A DNA stretch of 64,000 nt from Octopus vulgaris (GCA_951406725.2 OX597819.1:98146001-98210000), one strand, 5' to 3'; shown: positions 40,244-54,502, counted from the first letter of the stretch. Made by a program: numbers and translations. Notes: generated from the letters alone by a model not told the origin.

Positions 40244-40247
<4 letters not shown>
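38220..40247 (-). mobile_element. Penelope-like retroelement (probably Neptune-type), 5'-truncated: RT C-half, GIY-YIG endonuclease and 3' terminal repeat
   Basis: The open frame contains YGRYIDD, FLD, YxKxTDSHSYL, CxxxRCxxC and IYCISCSLC..YIGQTGRRL..RF.EH. Both ends are flanked by (TA)n, the terminal repeat carries a hammerhead motif, and the sequence is CpG-rich (young). Confidence 0.93.
38320..38357 (-). ncRNA. Minimal hammerhead motif with variant core CUGUUGA
   Basis: Minus strand reads tcttt-CTGTTGA-AGAGC-gtag-GCTC-GAAAC-GTTA-aaga. Confidence 0.6.
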
Positions 40248-40277
<30 letters not shown>

Positions 40278-40281
<4 letters not shown>

Positions 40282-40496
40282 ATCCAAACAATAAAACACA
40301 GAAAAAAAGAGAAAAAACACAGCAACGCGAGGACGTGGAACAATTAAAGTATTATTGACGCTCAGGAAAGAAGGGAAGGAGGGTTTAACGTTTCGAGCGG
40401 AGCTCTTCATCGGAAACAAGGAGAAGGAAAGATCCCAAGAAGGGAAGACAGAGGAAAAAATATTTTTGCTGGTGGTGCTCAAGAGATCACATGTTG

Positions 40497-40497
<1 letters not shown>
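40278..40497 (-). mobile_element. Penelope-type terminal repeat with hammerhead, between (TA)n tracts
   Basis: Related to 38220-38430, 52378-52567 and the reverse complement of 15057-15172. Contains CCGATGA-AGAGC-tcc-GCTC-GAAAC-GTTA. Confidence 0.75.
40383..40417 (-). ncRNA. Minimal hammerhead motif with core CCGAUGA
   Basis: Minus strand reads gttt-CCGATGA-AGAGC-tcc-GCTC-GAAAC-GTTA-aac. Confidence 0.65.
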
Positions 40498-40543
<46 letters not shown>

Positions 40544-40546
<3 letters not shown>

Positions 40547-41460
40547 AGTCCACCTGTGCATACCTTCCTTCCTTCTTGTGACACTTGTGAAGACCTGTTG
40601 AGGCAAGTGAAAATCAAATCAAATCAAATCAAAATAGATGAACATCAATGGAATTTGTATCTTGTGGTACCAGTGCCAGTGGCACACAAGAAAACCATCC
40701 GAACGTGGCCGTAGCCAGTACCGCATCGACTGGCCTCCGTGCTGTGGGCACGCAACAAACACCATCCGATCGTGGCCGTTCGCCAGCCTCATCTGGCACC
40801 TGTGTCGGTGGCACATAAAAACACCATCCGAAGACCCGGCAAGACTAGTCAGGCCATAACCCGTGGCCCCTACCTGGGACGTAGTCAGTCCACCTGTGCA
40901 TACCTTCCTTCTTGTGACACTTGTGAAGACCTGTTGAGGCAAGTGAAAATCAAATCAAAATCAAATCAAATCAAAACAAATCAAAATAGATGAACATCAA
41001 TGGAATTTGTATCTTTGTGGACCAGTGCCGGTGGCACACAAGAAAATCATCCGAACGTGGCCGTAGCCAGTACCGCATAGACTGGCCTCCGTGCTTTGGG
41101 GACGTAACAAACACCATCCGATCGTGGCCGTCCGCCAGCCTCATCTGGCACCTGTGTCGGTGGCACATAAAAACACCATCCGAGCGTGGCCGTCTGCCAG
41201 CCTCGTCTGGCACCTGTGTCGGTGGCACATAAAAACACCATCCGAGCGTGGCCGTTCGCCAGCCTCGTCTGGCACCTGTGTCGGTGGCACATAAAATCAC
41301 CCACTACACTCTCGGAGTGGTTGGCGTTAGGAAGGGCATCCAGCTGTAGAAACACTGCCAGATCTGACTGGCCTGGTGCAGCCTTCGGGCTCCCCAGACC
41401 CCAGTTGAACCGTCCAACCCATGCTAGCATGGAAAACGGACGCTAAATGATGATGATGAT
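40544..41460 (+). repeat. Composite retroposon (family D, (GAT)n tail) with a 340-bp internal duplication and 62-bp tandem units
   Basis: Large repeats start at 40544 and 40884, and 62-bp units start at 41115, 41177 and 41239. The tail ..ccaacccatgctagcatggaaaacggacg..gatgatgat is shared with copies near 24.1, 29.8, 37.9, 43.9, 48.6, 49.8, 52.7 and 54.9 kb. Confidence 0.85.
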
Positions 41461-41509
41461 ATATATATATAATCAAATGAATAACATCTTACTTTATATA
41501 TACATACCT

Positions 41510-41616
<107 letters not shown>

Positions 41617-42521
41617 TGAGGGAATATTAATCCAAACTTACAGGGAAAAAATTCAATTTAGAAATACTAAATCAAATTTCACACAATATAATATAATATA
41701 TATATATAAAATTAGAAAAAAACACCTTTTATCAATTCAAAATGAACAATTAAATTACACCATCTAGAAAATTACATATAATAGAAATATTAAAATTAAA
41801 ATAACAATAAAATACCAATGATTGAGTAAATTGCAAAAAAAATAATAAAAACGTATATAATTGGTAATGCCAATCACTCCAAGAGTGTATTGAGTGCTTT
41901 TTATGTGCCACCAGCACAAGAACCAGTCAGGCAGCACTGGCAATGACCACATTTGAATGGTGCTTTTTATGTACCACTGGCACAGGAGCCAGTCAGGCAG
42001 CACTGGCAATGATCATACTCAAATGGCACTTTTTACATGTCACTGGCATGGGTGCCAGTCAGGCAGTACTGGCATCGGTCACGACAATGACTTTACTTGA
42101 CTCAATAGGTCTTCGCAAGAACAATTTATTGCCCAATGTTTGAAAGGTAGTCTTAAATGGGCCAGTTATACTGCACTAGCATAGGCCACAGTTACGGTCT
42201 CACTTGGCTTGCTGGGTCTTAATGTTAAGAAGGGCATCCAGCTGTAAAAACCATACCTAAGTATACAGTAGAGCAGGGTGCAGTGTTGTGGGTTGCCAGC
42301 TCCTGTCAAATGGTCCAACCCATGCCAGCATGGAAGATGGACGTTAAAAGATGATGATGATGACAAACTGCATGTGATGACAAAACAGGTAGACCTCAAT
42401 ATCATTGGAAATAGAAAGCTATATTTATTGACTGATACAGTTATGTAAGTCTATATCTGTACCATTCAATATATACATGGATGTATGCCTATATACATAA
42501 ATACATACATACATATATATG

Positions 42522-42588
<67 letters not shown>

Positions 42589-43596
42589 CAGATATTTACA
42601 TATATACATGTATATATGTGTGTGTCTATATATATGTATATATACATATATATGTTATATATATATATGTGTGTGTGTGTGTGAGTAGTAATGTAACCAC
42701 AGTAAAGCATATCAGTGATATATTTTACATAGTGCAAACATTATACATGCAGGTATGCATGTACACACACACAATATTGACAATATTTTGCATACGTAAA
42801 TGTATGCAAAATATTATCAACAAATAAAACAATTAACCTGTAAACTTTCATTAGCCAAAACTTAAAATTTTTTTTTTTATTTCATGATAAAATTGAATGA
42901 TGTGTAAATATATATGCCACATCAGGTATTTTTACTTTTGTTCTTTTTCTTGATTATATACTACAGACTATCAGCAAATTTTATCAAAAAATTTCTGTAT
43001 TTTGTACAACCTGGTTTCTGACACTGATACAAAAGAACAAGATCAAAAACCAGGCTGTAGATGCATTACAAAACTTTGTGACCATTTTCTGCTCCTCTTG
43101 GTCTTTCATACTTGTTTCACACCTTTTCTGCACAATACGAAAAACAGCACGAACACAAAGACACAGTGAAAATATTCATAAGCTGATGCTCACATACACA
43201 TAGTCAACTTTATACACACATATACATGGCTGCATATAAATTTTTGCTCACATTCTGTTTAGCCTTGTTCAACCATTACATGTACATTAGCTATGATTCC
43301 ATTGGTTACTATTTACAATTGCAACTTCAAACAACCTAAACTGCTTATATCCATTTTGATTGGTCAAAGTCTATTTTGGGGTACAACTAGGACCAAAATA
43401 CATAACTGACATAGCAGCAAAACAATACAGTCTGGTCACATGACTGATTTCAAGTAATCAAATGACATATTTATCTATGTTTCTTAACCTTCTTAGCATT
43501 TAAACCAGCCATTTCCTACAGAAATATTCTATTGGTTTTATGTTCAAATCAGCCAGGTGCAGCCTCTCACCCCTATCCTGCAGTATCATTTTAAAC

Positions 43597-44097
43597 CAGG
43601 GGTTAGTGAACCAGGGTAAATTACCCAAAGTGGGGTAAAAATGAAATTCTTGGGGGTAATGAGGACTCATTAGACATAAGTAAAATTACATAAAAAACAT
43701 GTTCCTTGTAATGACAAAAATGCTTCTTCCGGCAACATGGAATTTGTTCAATGTAATGAACATGTAAATAGATTCACATAAATATATTCAATAAACCTTT
43801 TGAATTCTAAGAATCTATTATTTTCTTTCTTTCAAATCAAGGAAGTAACATCAGTGTAAATATATATATCATTATCGTTTAACGTCCATTTTCCATGCTA
43901 GCATGGGTTGGGCGGTTTGACCGGGGTCAGGGAATCCAGGAGGCTGCACCAAGCTCCAGTCTGATCTGGTAGTGTTTCTACAGCTGGATGCCCTTCCTAA
44001 CGCCAACCACTCCATGGGTGTAGTGAGTGCTTTTTACGTGCCACCAGCACAGGTGCCGGGGGGGGGGTAATTGGTTGAAAAAGTTCCCCCACCCCTG
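43597..44097. mobile_element. hAT-type MITE nested in a piggyBac-like MITE
   Basis: Ends caggggt / acccctg, with an 8-bp TSD ttttaaac / ttctaaac. Confidence 0.8.
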
Positions 44098-44638
44098 TTC
44101 TAAACAAATACAATCACATCAAAATTTCAAAGTCACGAGAAAATGCATGATTATTTAAAAACAATGTGAATAAATAAGCATTGCATTTGACAGAGTAACT
44201 TGGATGCTAAAGGCTTAAGCAAAATCTTTGTCATTTTGAATCTTGTTATAGCAATAAATAGATCTGGAATATGATCACTAAGTTCTTTTCCAGTTCCAAC
44301 CATGTACATTATCAATGTAAATGGTATTCACAACTCATATGCATACACTTTTTGACGCAACCTCATGCAAGCACAAACGCAATCAAGAGACAGTTTTTGT
44401 TAAAAACATTATACACAGTTTTGGTGAACGCTTCATCTATGATATATTGTAGTAATTGCATTCATAAGAACTTTTCTCAAATATCAACTCATACATTTTT
44501 GAGTTCAAATTCTGCTGAGGTTGACTTTGCCTTTCATCCTTTCAGGGTTGATAAAATAAGTACCAGCTGAACACTGGGGGTCGATGTAATTGACTTACCT
44601 CCTTCCACAAAACTGTTAGCCTTGTGCCAAAATTTGAA

Positions 44639-44685
<47 letters not shown>

Positions 44686-44699
44686 TGATTCTTATGTTG

Positions 44700-46200
44700 G
44701 GTCTACATTCAGCATACTCCTCTTGTAGTATTTCCATGTCTCTTTCATTTCAACATCAGTGATAGCAAATATGACATTATCATTTCATATACACATCTCC
44801 CCAATGACATCTCAATTTTCTCTTGTACACAACCTAGCACTTCTGAACACCTCACAATTCTGATTCTCACATTGCAGAATATATGCAAGGTTATTTCATT
44901 CTGCTCCTCTCTCTCTGCTAAATATACTTGATGTCTTGTTTCTTTTATTTTGTTTCATAGTTTGTTTTCTATGTAACTCCTCTTCTTGTAGTCTATCCAA
45001 GTTTAGAAGAAGTAGATGACTCTATCAACTGCAGTATTTCCCTTCCATATGGTTGGGATCTCGCACCAGTCACACATTTGGCTTGAGGCCTTCAGCAGGT
45101 TGTCTCTAGAAAATCCCAATTTTCTTCTATGTTACAAGTCTCTATCTCTTCTTCTTTCTCTTCAAATGTTTCAACTTGTGCATCTCTGAAACGCTGATAG
45201 TTTGATGGCTCTTTAAGCTTCCATATCTTTCTTCTCTAAACTGTCTTGAATCTCTGTATCCATCGAGCTCTTCTTCTAAAGTTACTAATCATTAACTTGT
45301 GCTTGATAGCACATTCTCCAAAAACCAACCATCTGTCTTATTTTCTGGAGAGAATGAAGCCAGTTTGGTTCATGAGTTTGCTTGTGTGATACATGATCAA
45401 GAAGCTGGCTGATTTCCTGAAGTTAGTGTTGCAAATCTTTAGATGATTTGCATCACAGAACTTCAGGAGCCTTGATCCCTCCTCATTCCTTAATACCATA
45501 TCCATAGCTGTCATGTTCAGTTTGGAAGACCTCATCATTTAGTCCAACATGTGCATTAAAGTCACAAGTTGCAATAATGAGGACACTGTCATTCATCACT
45601 GAAGTAGTCTGTTGAAGGATCACACAGAAGCAGTCCTTTGATTGATTGGCCTGCCTTTGCTGCAGTATGTATAAAGGGATCAGCATTACAGTCAAATTAA
45701 ACAGAAATCTGGCAGAATCATTAGTACACCATGCAAAATGCTTAATGGCATTTCATATGTTTTTACATTCTGAGTTCAAATTCTGCTGAGGTTAACTTTG
45801 CCTCTCATCATTTCAAAGTCAATAAATTAGATAAATACTAATTGAGAACTGAGATTGATGTAATAGACTAGCCTCCTTCCACAAAATTTCACGCTTTTTG
45901 CCTATAGTAGAAAGAGTATTACTGTCAAATTGCCAGTAGCTAGTCTAAATTTAATTATCCTATCATTCACTTTCTGTATCTCAATTACTTTATCTATTCA
46001 TTCCTCAGCTATTAATATACCTACACCATCCACTTCATTGCTGCTACCAACCCAGAAAAATTTGTTTTGTTGTTCTTTACCAGTGAGGGCTTTGGCTAAA
46101 AACCGTATTTTTATCATATCTTTCATACAAAGCATACATCAACTCCCCCAACACACCTAATCTACCTTTCAGTATGATAACATAGATGGTGGCACTTCTA
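44700..46200 (-). mobile_element. Highly decayed RTE-like LINE, APE endonuclease region, with a SINE insertion at about 45705-45920
   Basis: Remnants DFNAHVG, GYG..EEGSRLLKFCDANHLKICNTNFRK and FWVGSSNEVDGVGI. Confidence 0.75.
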
Positions 46201-46269
46201 AAACTATACTACATGTAAAATATATAAATATGTAAATATATGTATATATGTGTGTGTGTATATATATAT

Positions 46270-46700
46270 AGATCAAAGTTGTTGTTCGCAAGAAAGCAGG
46301 TAAAACTCACTTTCCATCAAGTAAATGGCTCTGCTCAATATGTAGGAAAGGTGCTGCATCCAGTGAAAGCTGTAGACTCATAAGAGGTGCAGTAGAATCA
46401 CAGTTAGGTTAACAGAGAGAGTCATTTTTGAATGTGGCAGATGCAGAGGAACAATAAGCACTAATGACACACACAGGAATTAGATTCTCTTAAATGCCCA
46501 GGAAGCTCCCACGAGGTGGTACATAGTTTCTGTTACCTAGCTGATCAAATTAGCAGTGGTAGAGGATGTTCTGAAAGTATTATTGCTAGAATGAGAATAG
46601 GATGGAGGAAGTTCAGAGAACTATTACTTCTGGTGGCAACAAAAAGACTTTCGCTCAGAGTGAAAGGTAGATTATATGATGCTTGTGTATGAATGGCATT
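46270..46700 (+). mobile_element. RTE-like LINE RT C-terminal fragment
   Basis: Encodes EVVHSFCYL..ISSG.GCSESIIARMRIGWRKFRELL..RVKGRLYDACV. Confidence 0.75.
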
Positions 46701-46704
46701 GTTG

Positions 46705-47320
46705 ATGGATTCTCAACTATAGTTGAAATAGATATTCTATACTAAGTACAACAGAGTATAAAGAGTAGCTATAGTTGGAATAAGTACTTATATTAGGTAC
46801 AAAAGAGTATATAAATGCTAACTATAGTTGAAATAGGTAATTTATACTAGGTGTAGTACAGAATGTGGAGGAATGTAACTTAGCAGTTCAGGTGTTGCAC
46901 TCATGATCATAAGATTGTGGCTTTGATTTCTGGACCAGTGTATTCTTGAGCAAAACACTTCATTTCACATTGCTCCAGTTCACTCAGTTGGCAAAAACAA
47001 GTTATCTTGCAACAGGCTGGTGTCCCATCCAGGAGGAAATTATATCGCCACAGAATCCAGGAAACTGGCTTTATGAGCTTTATCACTCAGAAAGGAGTTT
47101 TGATCTTTGACAATACAAAATAATCACTAACTATAGTTGAACTAGATATTTTATACTCGGCACACTACAATATAAATTGTAGGTATCATTGAAACAGGTA
47201 TTTTATACTAGGTACAATAGAGTATAAATACTAATTATAGTTAAAATAGGTATTTTGTACTAGGTACAATATAAACACTTGCTATAGTTGAAGTAGATGT
47301 TTTATACTTGGTAGAATTTT
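46705..47320. repeat. Degenerate minisatellite of about 48 bp (actatagttgaaataggtattttatactaggtacaa), split by a SINE
   Basis: About eight diverged copies of ctatagttgaa...tatactaggtac lie on either side of the family C SINE at 46865-47100. Confidence 0.75.
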
Positions 47321-49171
47321 ATACTTACCACATACCAGCCTGATGTCCTACTAATAGGTATATGGGAATAAGAAAAATGGTGGGGGTGGTGCGAAAGGAC
47401 ATTAAGGTATGCAAAAATTTAAATACTCATATCCCTGCTATTAATGAGGCTTGAAGTTATCATTACATACATCATCATCATAAACCCCACCAAGACTGAC
47501 ACTATCACCACCATCACCAGTCACGATTACCAGCACCACCACCACCACCACCATGAACATCACTTCCCTATCACATAATTCTGGGTTCAGTCCCACCATG
47601 TGGTAGCTTGAGCAGGTGTCTTCTACTATAGCCTCAGGCCAACAACCAAAGCTTTGTGAGTGGATTTGGTAGATGGAAACTGGAAGCCTGTCATTTATAT
47701 ATATATATGTATGTGTGTGGCTTTGTCCTCCCACTATCATTTGACAACTGATGTTAGCATATTTATGTCCCCGTAACTAAGCAGAATGGCAAAAGAGAAT
47801 GATAGAATAAGTACTAGGCTTACAAAGAATAAGTTCTGAGTTTGATTTCTTTGACTAAAAACCCCTTTAAGGCAGTGCTCAAGCATGGCCGCAGCCAAAT
47901 GACTGCAATGATTAAGACAGAAAAGGAAGAAAGAGTACCATCTTATAACAAAATGTGATAAAATAAATAAAAAAAACTGATTTGGATATTTCAGGAAGAG
48001 AAATGAAAAACAAATATCACAATTGATCAATAAAAAAAAAAAAACATAATGATTTTGATAAGATTGTGTGATGGTGTGGTTTTCTTTATCAAAAGAGGGA
48101 GGGGGCAATTTGATGGTGTGTTGAAGCTAAAGTGTGTATGTGTCAGTGGGTAAAAAGGATTTGTTGATTTCTGACAATCAGCAGGCATATATACACACAT
48201 TTGGCTGTGAATACACCAGTGTGTAAGAATAGGCGACAAAAATAATTAGTCCAACGTTTCTATTGACTGTCTATTACTAAGGGTGTTCACTAGGTCTTGT
48301 CCATTAACAATGAGTAAATAATCTATTATTTCTAATTAGAAACCAACAGCAATGAGTGAAACAAATTAGGTACCAGATGGAATAGAATAACAATATCACA
48401 CACACATATCATGAATGAGGGAAATGCTGGAAAATGGATTTAACCAGAATCTTTATTCAGCACAATGATCATTTTGACCCATCCTGCATCTGTCCGTTAC
48501 AGGCGGGATATAGTACATTTGGTTGCGTTATACCCAAAGTTGGAATAATTACTTATTGGTTGGCGTTAGGAAGGGCATCCAGCCGTAGAAACACTGCCAG
48601 ATTTGACTGGCCTGATGAAGCCTTCTGGCTTCACAGACCCCAGTAGAACCGTCCAACCCATGCTAGCATGGAAAACGGACGCTAAACGATGATGATGATG
48701 ATGATGATATGTATACACACATATAAGTAACAAGGATGTACAGGTGTTAATACATTATGGCCGTTTCAAGGCTAATAACGCAGTATCCAGATTTCTAACC
48801 AGGCACCTATATATATATATATATATATACACACACAGAGAGAAAGTGAGAGGTATTTGATTACAGTGTATACACAAAGGGTCCAGGCATATTAGAGTGA
48901 AGTACACTACAACTATTGGGTAAACAGAATGATACAAATCAGGAAGTTTAAGTAATCCATTTTCATAGCACAGGAATGCATCGAGGAAGGGAAATCACCG
49001 TCATTTGGTAATCTGCAACTCTAGTAATGTCCAAAAGTATCCGATGATGAATGGAACCTTAAGCATGGTGTAAAAACATAATAAAAACAGATGCGTTTGG
49101 CTGATGATCTGTTGAGGAATTAACATGTCACTGTTCACTTTTTTATTTAGTGAGCCTGAGGAGTTCAGGAT

Positions 49172-49345
49172 TGTTAAGTTAAGTTAAGTTTTTGGCTCAA
49201 AAAGCAAGGCCATGTAGGGGGACATGGAGTTATGTACAGGGAGGGTGTTCATGCAAAGAGTTCAGGCCATTTCTGGTCAAGAGAGACTTTGAACCGAGCG
49301 GTCGTCGGCATCTTCACTATCTCGTCCGGCAGCTTATTCCACGGA
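49172..49345 (-). mobile_element. CR1-like LINE 3' end with (CTTAA)n tail
   Basis: Minus strand encodes PWNKLPDEIVKMPTTARFKVSLD and ends in a pentanucleotide tail. Confidence 0.75.
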
Positions 49346-50333
49346 TATGTGCATACTAGAAACTGACTGTGCCCTGTTTACATTACAATAAGGACTCTTA
49401 ATGGGAACAATTGTAGTAATAGCAGATAACTCATTTGTCAGTTTTTATTATATGTATGTATGTGTGTGTGTGTATGTGTGTATGTATGTATGTATGTATG
49501 TATGTATGAATGTATGCATACATGCAAGTATGTGTTTGTGTTTCTTCTCTCACTGCTTATATTCTATGCAATATACAAACTTTCAGCATCTTTTCAGATG
49601 CTGATGTTGCAGATAGACAGAAGGCTTTATTAGAAATTATTAGCAACAGAAGCAGTATCAATACCAAAAGGTGATCTTTATAGCCAGCTCAACTTGGACA
49701 CCTTATTAGAACACCAAATACTATGTTATTAGCCATGAGAGATTCTCTTATATTGGCATTTAATGCATAAAAGCACACACATAGATCATAGCAGACAAAA
49801 TTCATCATCATCATCATCGATTAAGGTCTGCTTCCTATGCTGGCATGGGTTGGGCAGTTTGACTGAGGACTGGCAAGCCAGAAGGCTGTACCAGGCTCCA
49901 GTCTGATCTGGCAAGGTTTCTACAGTTGGATGCTCTTCCTAACACCAACCACTCCAAGAGTGTAGTAGGTGCTTTTTATGTGTCATCAGCACAAGGGCCA
50001 GTCAAGCAGCACTGGCATCAACCATGCTTGAATGGTGCTTTTTACTTCTGTCACTAATAATTAATTTTTAATAAGCCAGGTGTGACATCAGCATCTGAAA
50101 AGATGATGAAATTCTATATATCGTAGCAGTAAGATTTGGTTAGCATGTAGTCACCTGGTCCTCCTTACTGATAAGTTCCAATAGAACAAAATCATGTGAT
50201 ATGGGAATTCCAGAGCCCATGACAGACTAATTTCACCTGTTATGATCTCTGTGTGTGCTTTTATGCATCAACTGCCTATATGAAAGATCCTTTGAGGCTA
50301 ATAATGCAGTATTAGGTGTTCTAACATGGCACT

Positions 50334-50374
<41 letters not shown>

Positions 50375-52471
50375 CAAGCTGGCAGAAACGTTAGTGGTAT
50401 TTCATCTGTCGTTACATTCTGAGTTCAAATTCCGCCGAGGTCGACTTTGCCTTTCATCCTTTTGTGGTCGATAAATAAAGTATCAGTTTCGCACTGGGGT
50501 CGATGTAATCAAATTAATCTCTTTGTCTGTCCTTGTTTGTCCACTCTATGTTTAGCCCCTTGTGGGTAGTAAAGAAGAAAAAATATATATATATATATAT
50601 AACCCATGCCAGTATGGCAAGCAGACATTAAACAATGATGATAATGATGATATGCGCACATACACACACACATACATTCAAATATGTATAAATGTGTGAT
50701 TTTCACAACTATCTGATGAATGTTTATGTGAAACTCAAAAAGTTTGGGCGAAAATTTCTCAGCTTCTATAAAAAAAGCACACACACACACACACACATTT
50801 ATATATAACACACACACACAATAGGTTTCTTATAGCTTCTGAGTACCAATTCCACTCACAAGGCATCGGTCAACCTAAGGCTTTAGTGAAAAACACTGAA
50901 CAACTGTGCCATATAGTTGGAATGAACTCTGAAAAATATGGTTATGGAGAGAACTTTTTAACCATCTGGACAAACCTGCATCTAACTCAACGTAAACGAC
51001 AGAAAATATGACACGCATGAATAAGAAAGTGTGACATTATGGATAGGGTCAAGTTGACTCAGGTGGAATAGAAATGAGGCAACAGAGAAGCTGTTTAGGA
51101 GAGATGTCAGCAGACATGTGACTGAAAAGTATGTGATGCGATTGAATGGTGAGAGTTGTTAGTCGTGGTGGTAACAGAAAGGCTAGTTAGGTAGCGGAAG
51201 ACCAAGGAAAACATGAAGTAAATGTGAAGAGGTGTGAAATTAGGTTGTCAGGCTCCCTACAAATGAAATAACAAAAAAACCAAGTGGTGTAGTAATGATA
51301 TGTATCATAGTACTGCAGACTCATCCAACCTATGTGGACATGAGGAAAAGCATAGTCAACCCAGTTGTGTTGCTGTCTAACATGGCACAATAGAGTGACT
51401 GCAGTGCCACACCCACTTCACAGTTGAATGGTTAGCAGCAGAAAATGCACTGATGTATAACGATCACCAAACAATGTACAAATGTCCAAATTTCAAAAAA
51501 AGACTTTTAGCTACGCCGTCATGAGAAAATACAAATGTATAAATAAAATTAATATGATTAGATTATTAATATTTAATTAATAAAACATAAATAAGGTGAG
51601 TGGTATAGAAGGGAAGTAAACTTCAGATGAACTGTCCCTGACCTGATTTTGAATCCAATTGTCACCTTTCATATCATTTGTATTAAGTAGGGCCCAAATA
51701 TCACTATATCAGATGTTCAACAGTAACACATCAACATATTGTGACAAATAAGGAGAAATCAATACTTATATATAATTGGTTCTAGCAATGCATAATTAAA
51801 ATTGTATACACATACATTATAACATCAATTTATAATTAACACTAGCTAATTAATATGTATAATTAATAATATAAGTATATAAGAAATTTAGTCACTATAC
51901 TGTTGAGTATATGTGTTGTTGATATATAAATATCTTTTATCTTTTACTTGCTCCAGTCATTAGACTGTGGCCATGCTGAGGTGCCACCTTGAAGAATTTT
52001 TAGTCAAATGAATTGCCCTCAGGACTTATTTTTTAAAATCATGGTACTTATGCTATTGGTTTCTTAGGTTGAACCGCTAGGACACAGGGACATAAACACA
52101 CCAACACTGGTTGTCAAGCAGTGTTGGGAGATAAACACACACACACATATACATACAATGGATTTCTTTCAATTTCCATCTGCCAAATGCACTTACAAGG
52201 CTTTGGTCAGCTCAAGGCTATAGTAGAAGACACAAACCCATGGCATCATGCAGTGGGACTGAACTTGGAATGATGTGGTCGGGGAACAAACGTTTTACCA
52301 CAGGCCTTTCTCTCTCTCTCTCCCTCACTATGTATATATATGCACACAGACGCATACATACATATATATATATATACAGGGAGAGTTTACAAAAAAAACA
52401 ACAAAAGACGAAGACAGGTGGTGTACAAAACAAACAGATGTATTAGTATAACGCCTAGGAATAGAAAAAGT

Positions 52472-52508
52472 CTTTTACGTTTCGAGCCTATGCTCTTCTA
52501 CAGAAAAG
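52472..52508 (-). ncRNA. Minimal hammerhead motif with variant core CUGUAGA in a solo Penelope tail (about 52378-52567)
   Basis: Minus strand reads ctttt-CTGTAGA-AGAGC-atag-GCTC-GAAAC-GTA-aaag. Confidence 0.55.
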
Positions 52509-53645
52509 GACACAGAAAACAAGGAGAGAAAAAAAATGTGTGTAGTGGCTAACAATCTATCATGGCGTATAAAATCATCAGTTAACATCCATCACCATGC
52601 TGCTTGAGTTGGAAGTTTTGACAGAATCTGCTGGGTCCAAAGATGTATCATGCTCCAGTGAAACCATACCAAAGGAGACCGTGGAGTACTAAGCCACACA
52701 CACATACTACACTCTCAGAGTGGTCGGCATTGGGAAGGGCATCCAGCTGTAGAAACTCTGCCAGATCAGACTAGAGCCTGGTGCAGCCATCTGGTTCGCC
52801 AGTCCTCAGTCAAATCATCAGCCCATGCCAGCATGGAAAGCGGACGTTAAACGATGATGATGATGATAACATTAAGATTCGGGTGAATAAGGTGCTTAAA
52901 TGCTAAGGCACCAGGTCAGGTCAAAATTAAAATGCATACACAGCAACTATAGATGAATACAAACATAAGTACCGAAGTACAGGCAGAAAGATATTCAAGT
53001 TATGTATGTAATTAATTGAATCAAACAGAGTATATCATCAGCCCTTGGGCTAATTAAGAAACACACATTGTATTAAATATACAGTCCATAACATATACTT
53101 CTGTTACCATAATGATTATGGAATCACAAAATATGCACATGCCATGGATTTTAAATGTTTTTAAATGTCCTTAACAGTATAGTTTGCGTATTCATCCGAA
53201 GAAAATGTTTTGTTATAATAATATAATGAATAATCAATTTTAAAATTCATTGGAAACACCTGTAATGAATTGACACCTATCCATCATTTGTTATTTATAT
53301 ATACATACAAACAAACAAAAAAAATACACACACATAAACACATGTATGCACACACATACACAGAGACACACACATACGTACATACATGGTGGAAGTCCAC
53401 TTGTGACGTGGTAAGACCACTTCCTAAACTCCATGCAAATGTTCTAAGAGTTAAAGAAGTTCCTGTGAGTGAATAAAGCATTGCACAGCACTGAACTTAC
53501 TTTTCATTGCAATCAGCTATAACACCAGTGGCACAACAGAGGCTGACACAACCAGAAATCAACTACACTTCATACATACATATAAACGTTTTCCAGTCAT
53601 CTGTTTTGATATATACATTCACATTCTTTTTGGAATTATACACAC

Positions 53646-53964
53646 AACAAGATCACTCAGAGAGCGCAAACCTACACCGTGGCAACACCAACGTCCTCTC
53701 AACGATCAGCTGATGATTTTTATAAAAACGACCACTCTCAAAAATTAAGTAAAAAAAAAAAAAAAGAGGGAAAAATTATTTGGAATCTTTGTCTGGTACC
53801 AGATCAATCCCAAATTCTATTCAGTTCATGCCAGTCACAAGGCCAAAGATCCCTGAAAGTTTCATATGAATCCATTCAGCAGTTCTTGAGATATCTTGCC
53901 CATGGACAAACAAACAAACTAGACTGAAAATAATACCTCTGCCTTCGCTAAGGTGGAGGTAATA
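53646..53964. mobile_element. Helentron/DINE-1-like non-autonomous element
   Basis: Terminal stem-loop tacctctgcctt-cgct-aaggtggaggta (53934-53961), plus gaaagtttcat..aatcc..gagatatc and (CAAA)n motifs typical of these elements. Confidence 0.6.
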
Positions 53965-54001
53965 ATAATATATGTTATATATATAATTATATATACAATG
54001 A

Positions 54002-54502
54002 TGGAAGCATGTGGCTTAGTGGTTAGAGTGTCAGCATCATGATCGTAAGATTGAGGTTTTGATTCCTGGACTGGGCAACGCATTGTGTTCTTGAGCAAAA
54101 TACTTCATTTCATGTTGCTACAGTTCACTTAGCTGGCAAAATTGAGTAACGCTATGATGGACTGGCGTCCCGTCCAGCTGGGGAACACATATGCCATTGA
54201 AACCGGGCCCATGAGCCTGGCTAAGCTTTAAAAGGGCGTATTTATTTTGTGGAGGTGTATGGCTTAGTGGTTAGGGTGTTAGCATCATGATCGTAAGATT
54301 GAGGTTTCGATTCCTGAACTGGGCAATGCATTGTGTTCTTGAGCAAAACACTTCATTTCACATTGCTCCAGTCCACTCAGCTGGCAAAAATGAGTAACGC
54401 TGCGATGGACTGGCATCCCATCCAGCTTGGGAACACATACACCATGGAAACCGGGAAACCGGGCCCATGAGCCTGGCTAGGCTTTAAAAGGGCGCATTTA
54501 TT
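54002..54502 (+). mobile_element. Head-to-tail dimer of tRNA-derived SINE family C
   Basis: Two units of about 250 bp (tggcttagtggttag..gtttcgattcc..gagcaaaacacttcatttcac..aaagggcg). Related copies lie at 1083-1340, 25345-25672(-), 27015-27250(-), 28964-29255, 46865-47100 and 55755-55870(-). Confidence 0.85.

Noticed and set aside
41115-41298. 62-bp tandem units as a CRISPR-like array
   Set aside because: The units are contiguous with no unique spacers, there are no cas genes, and the context is a eukaryotic retroposon.
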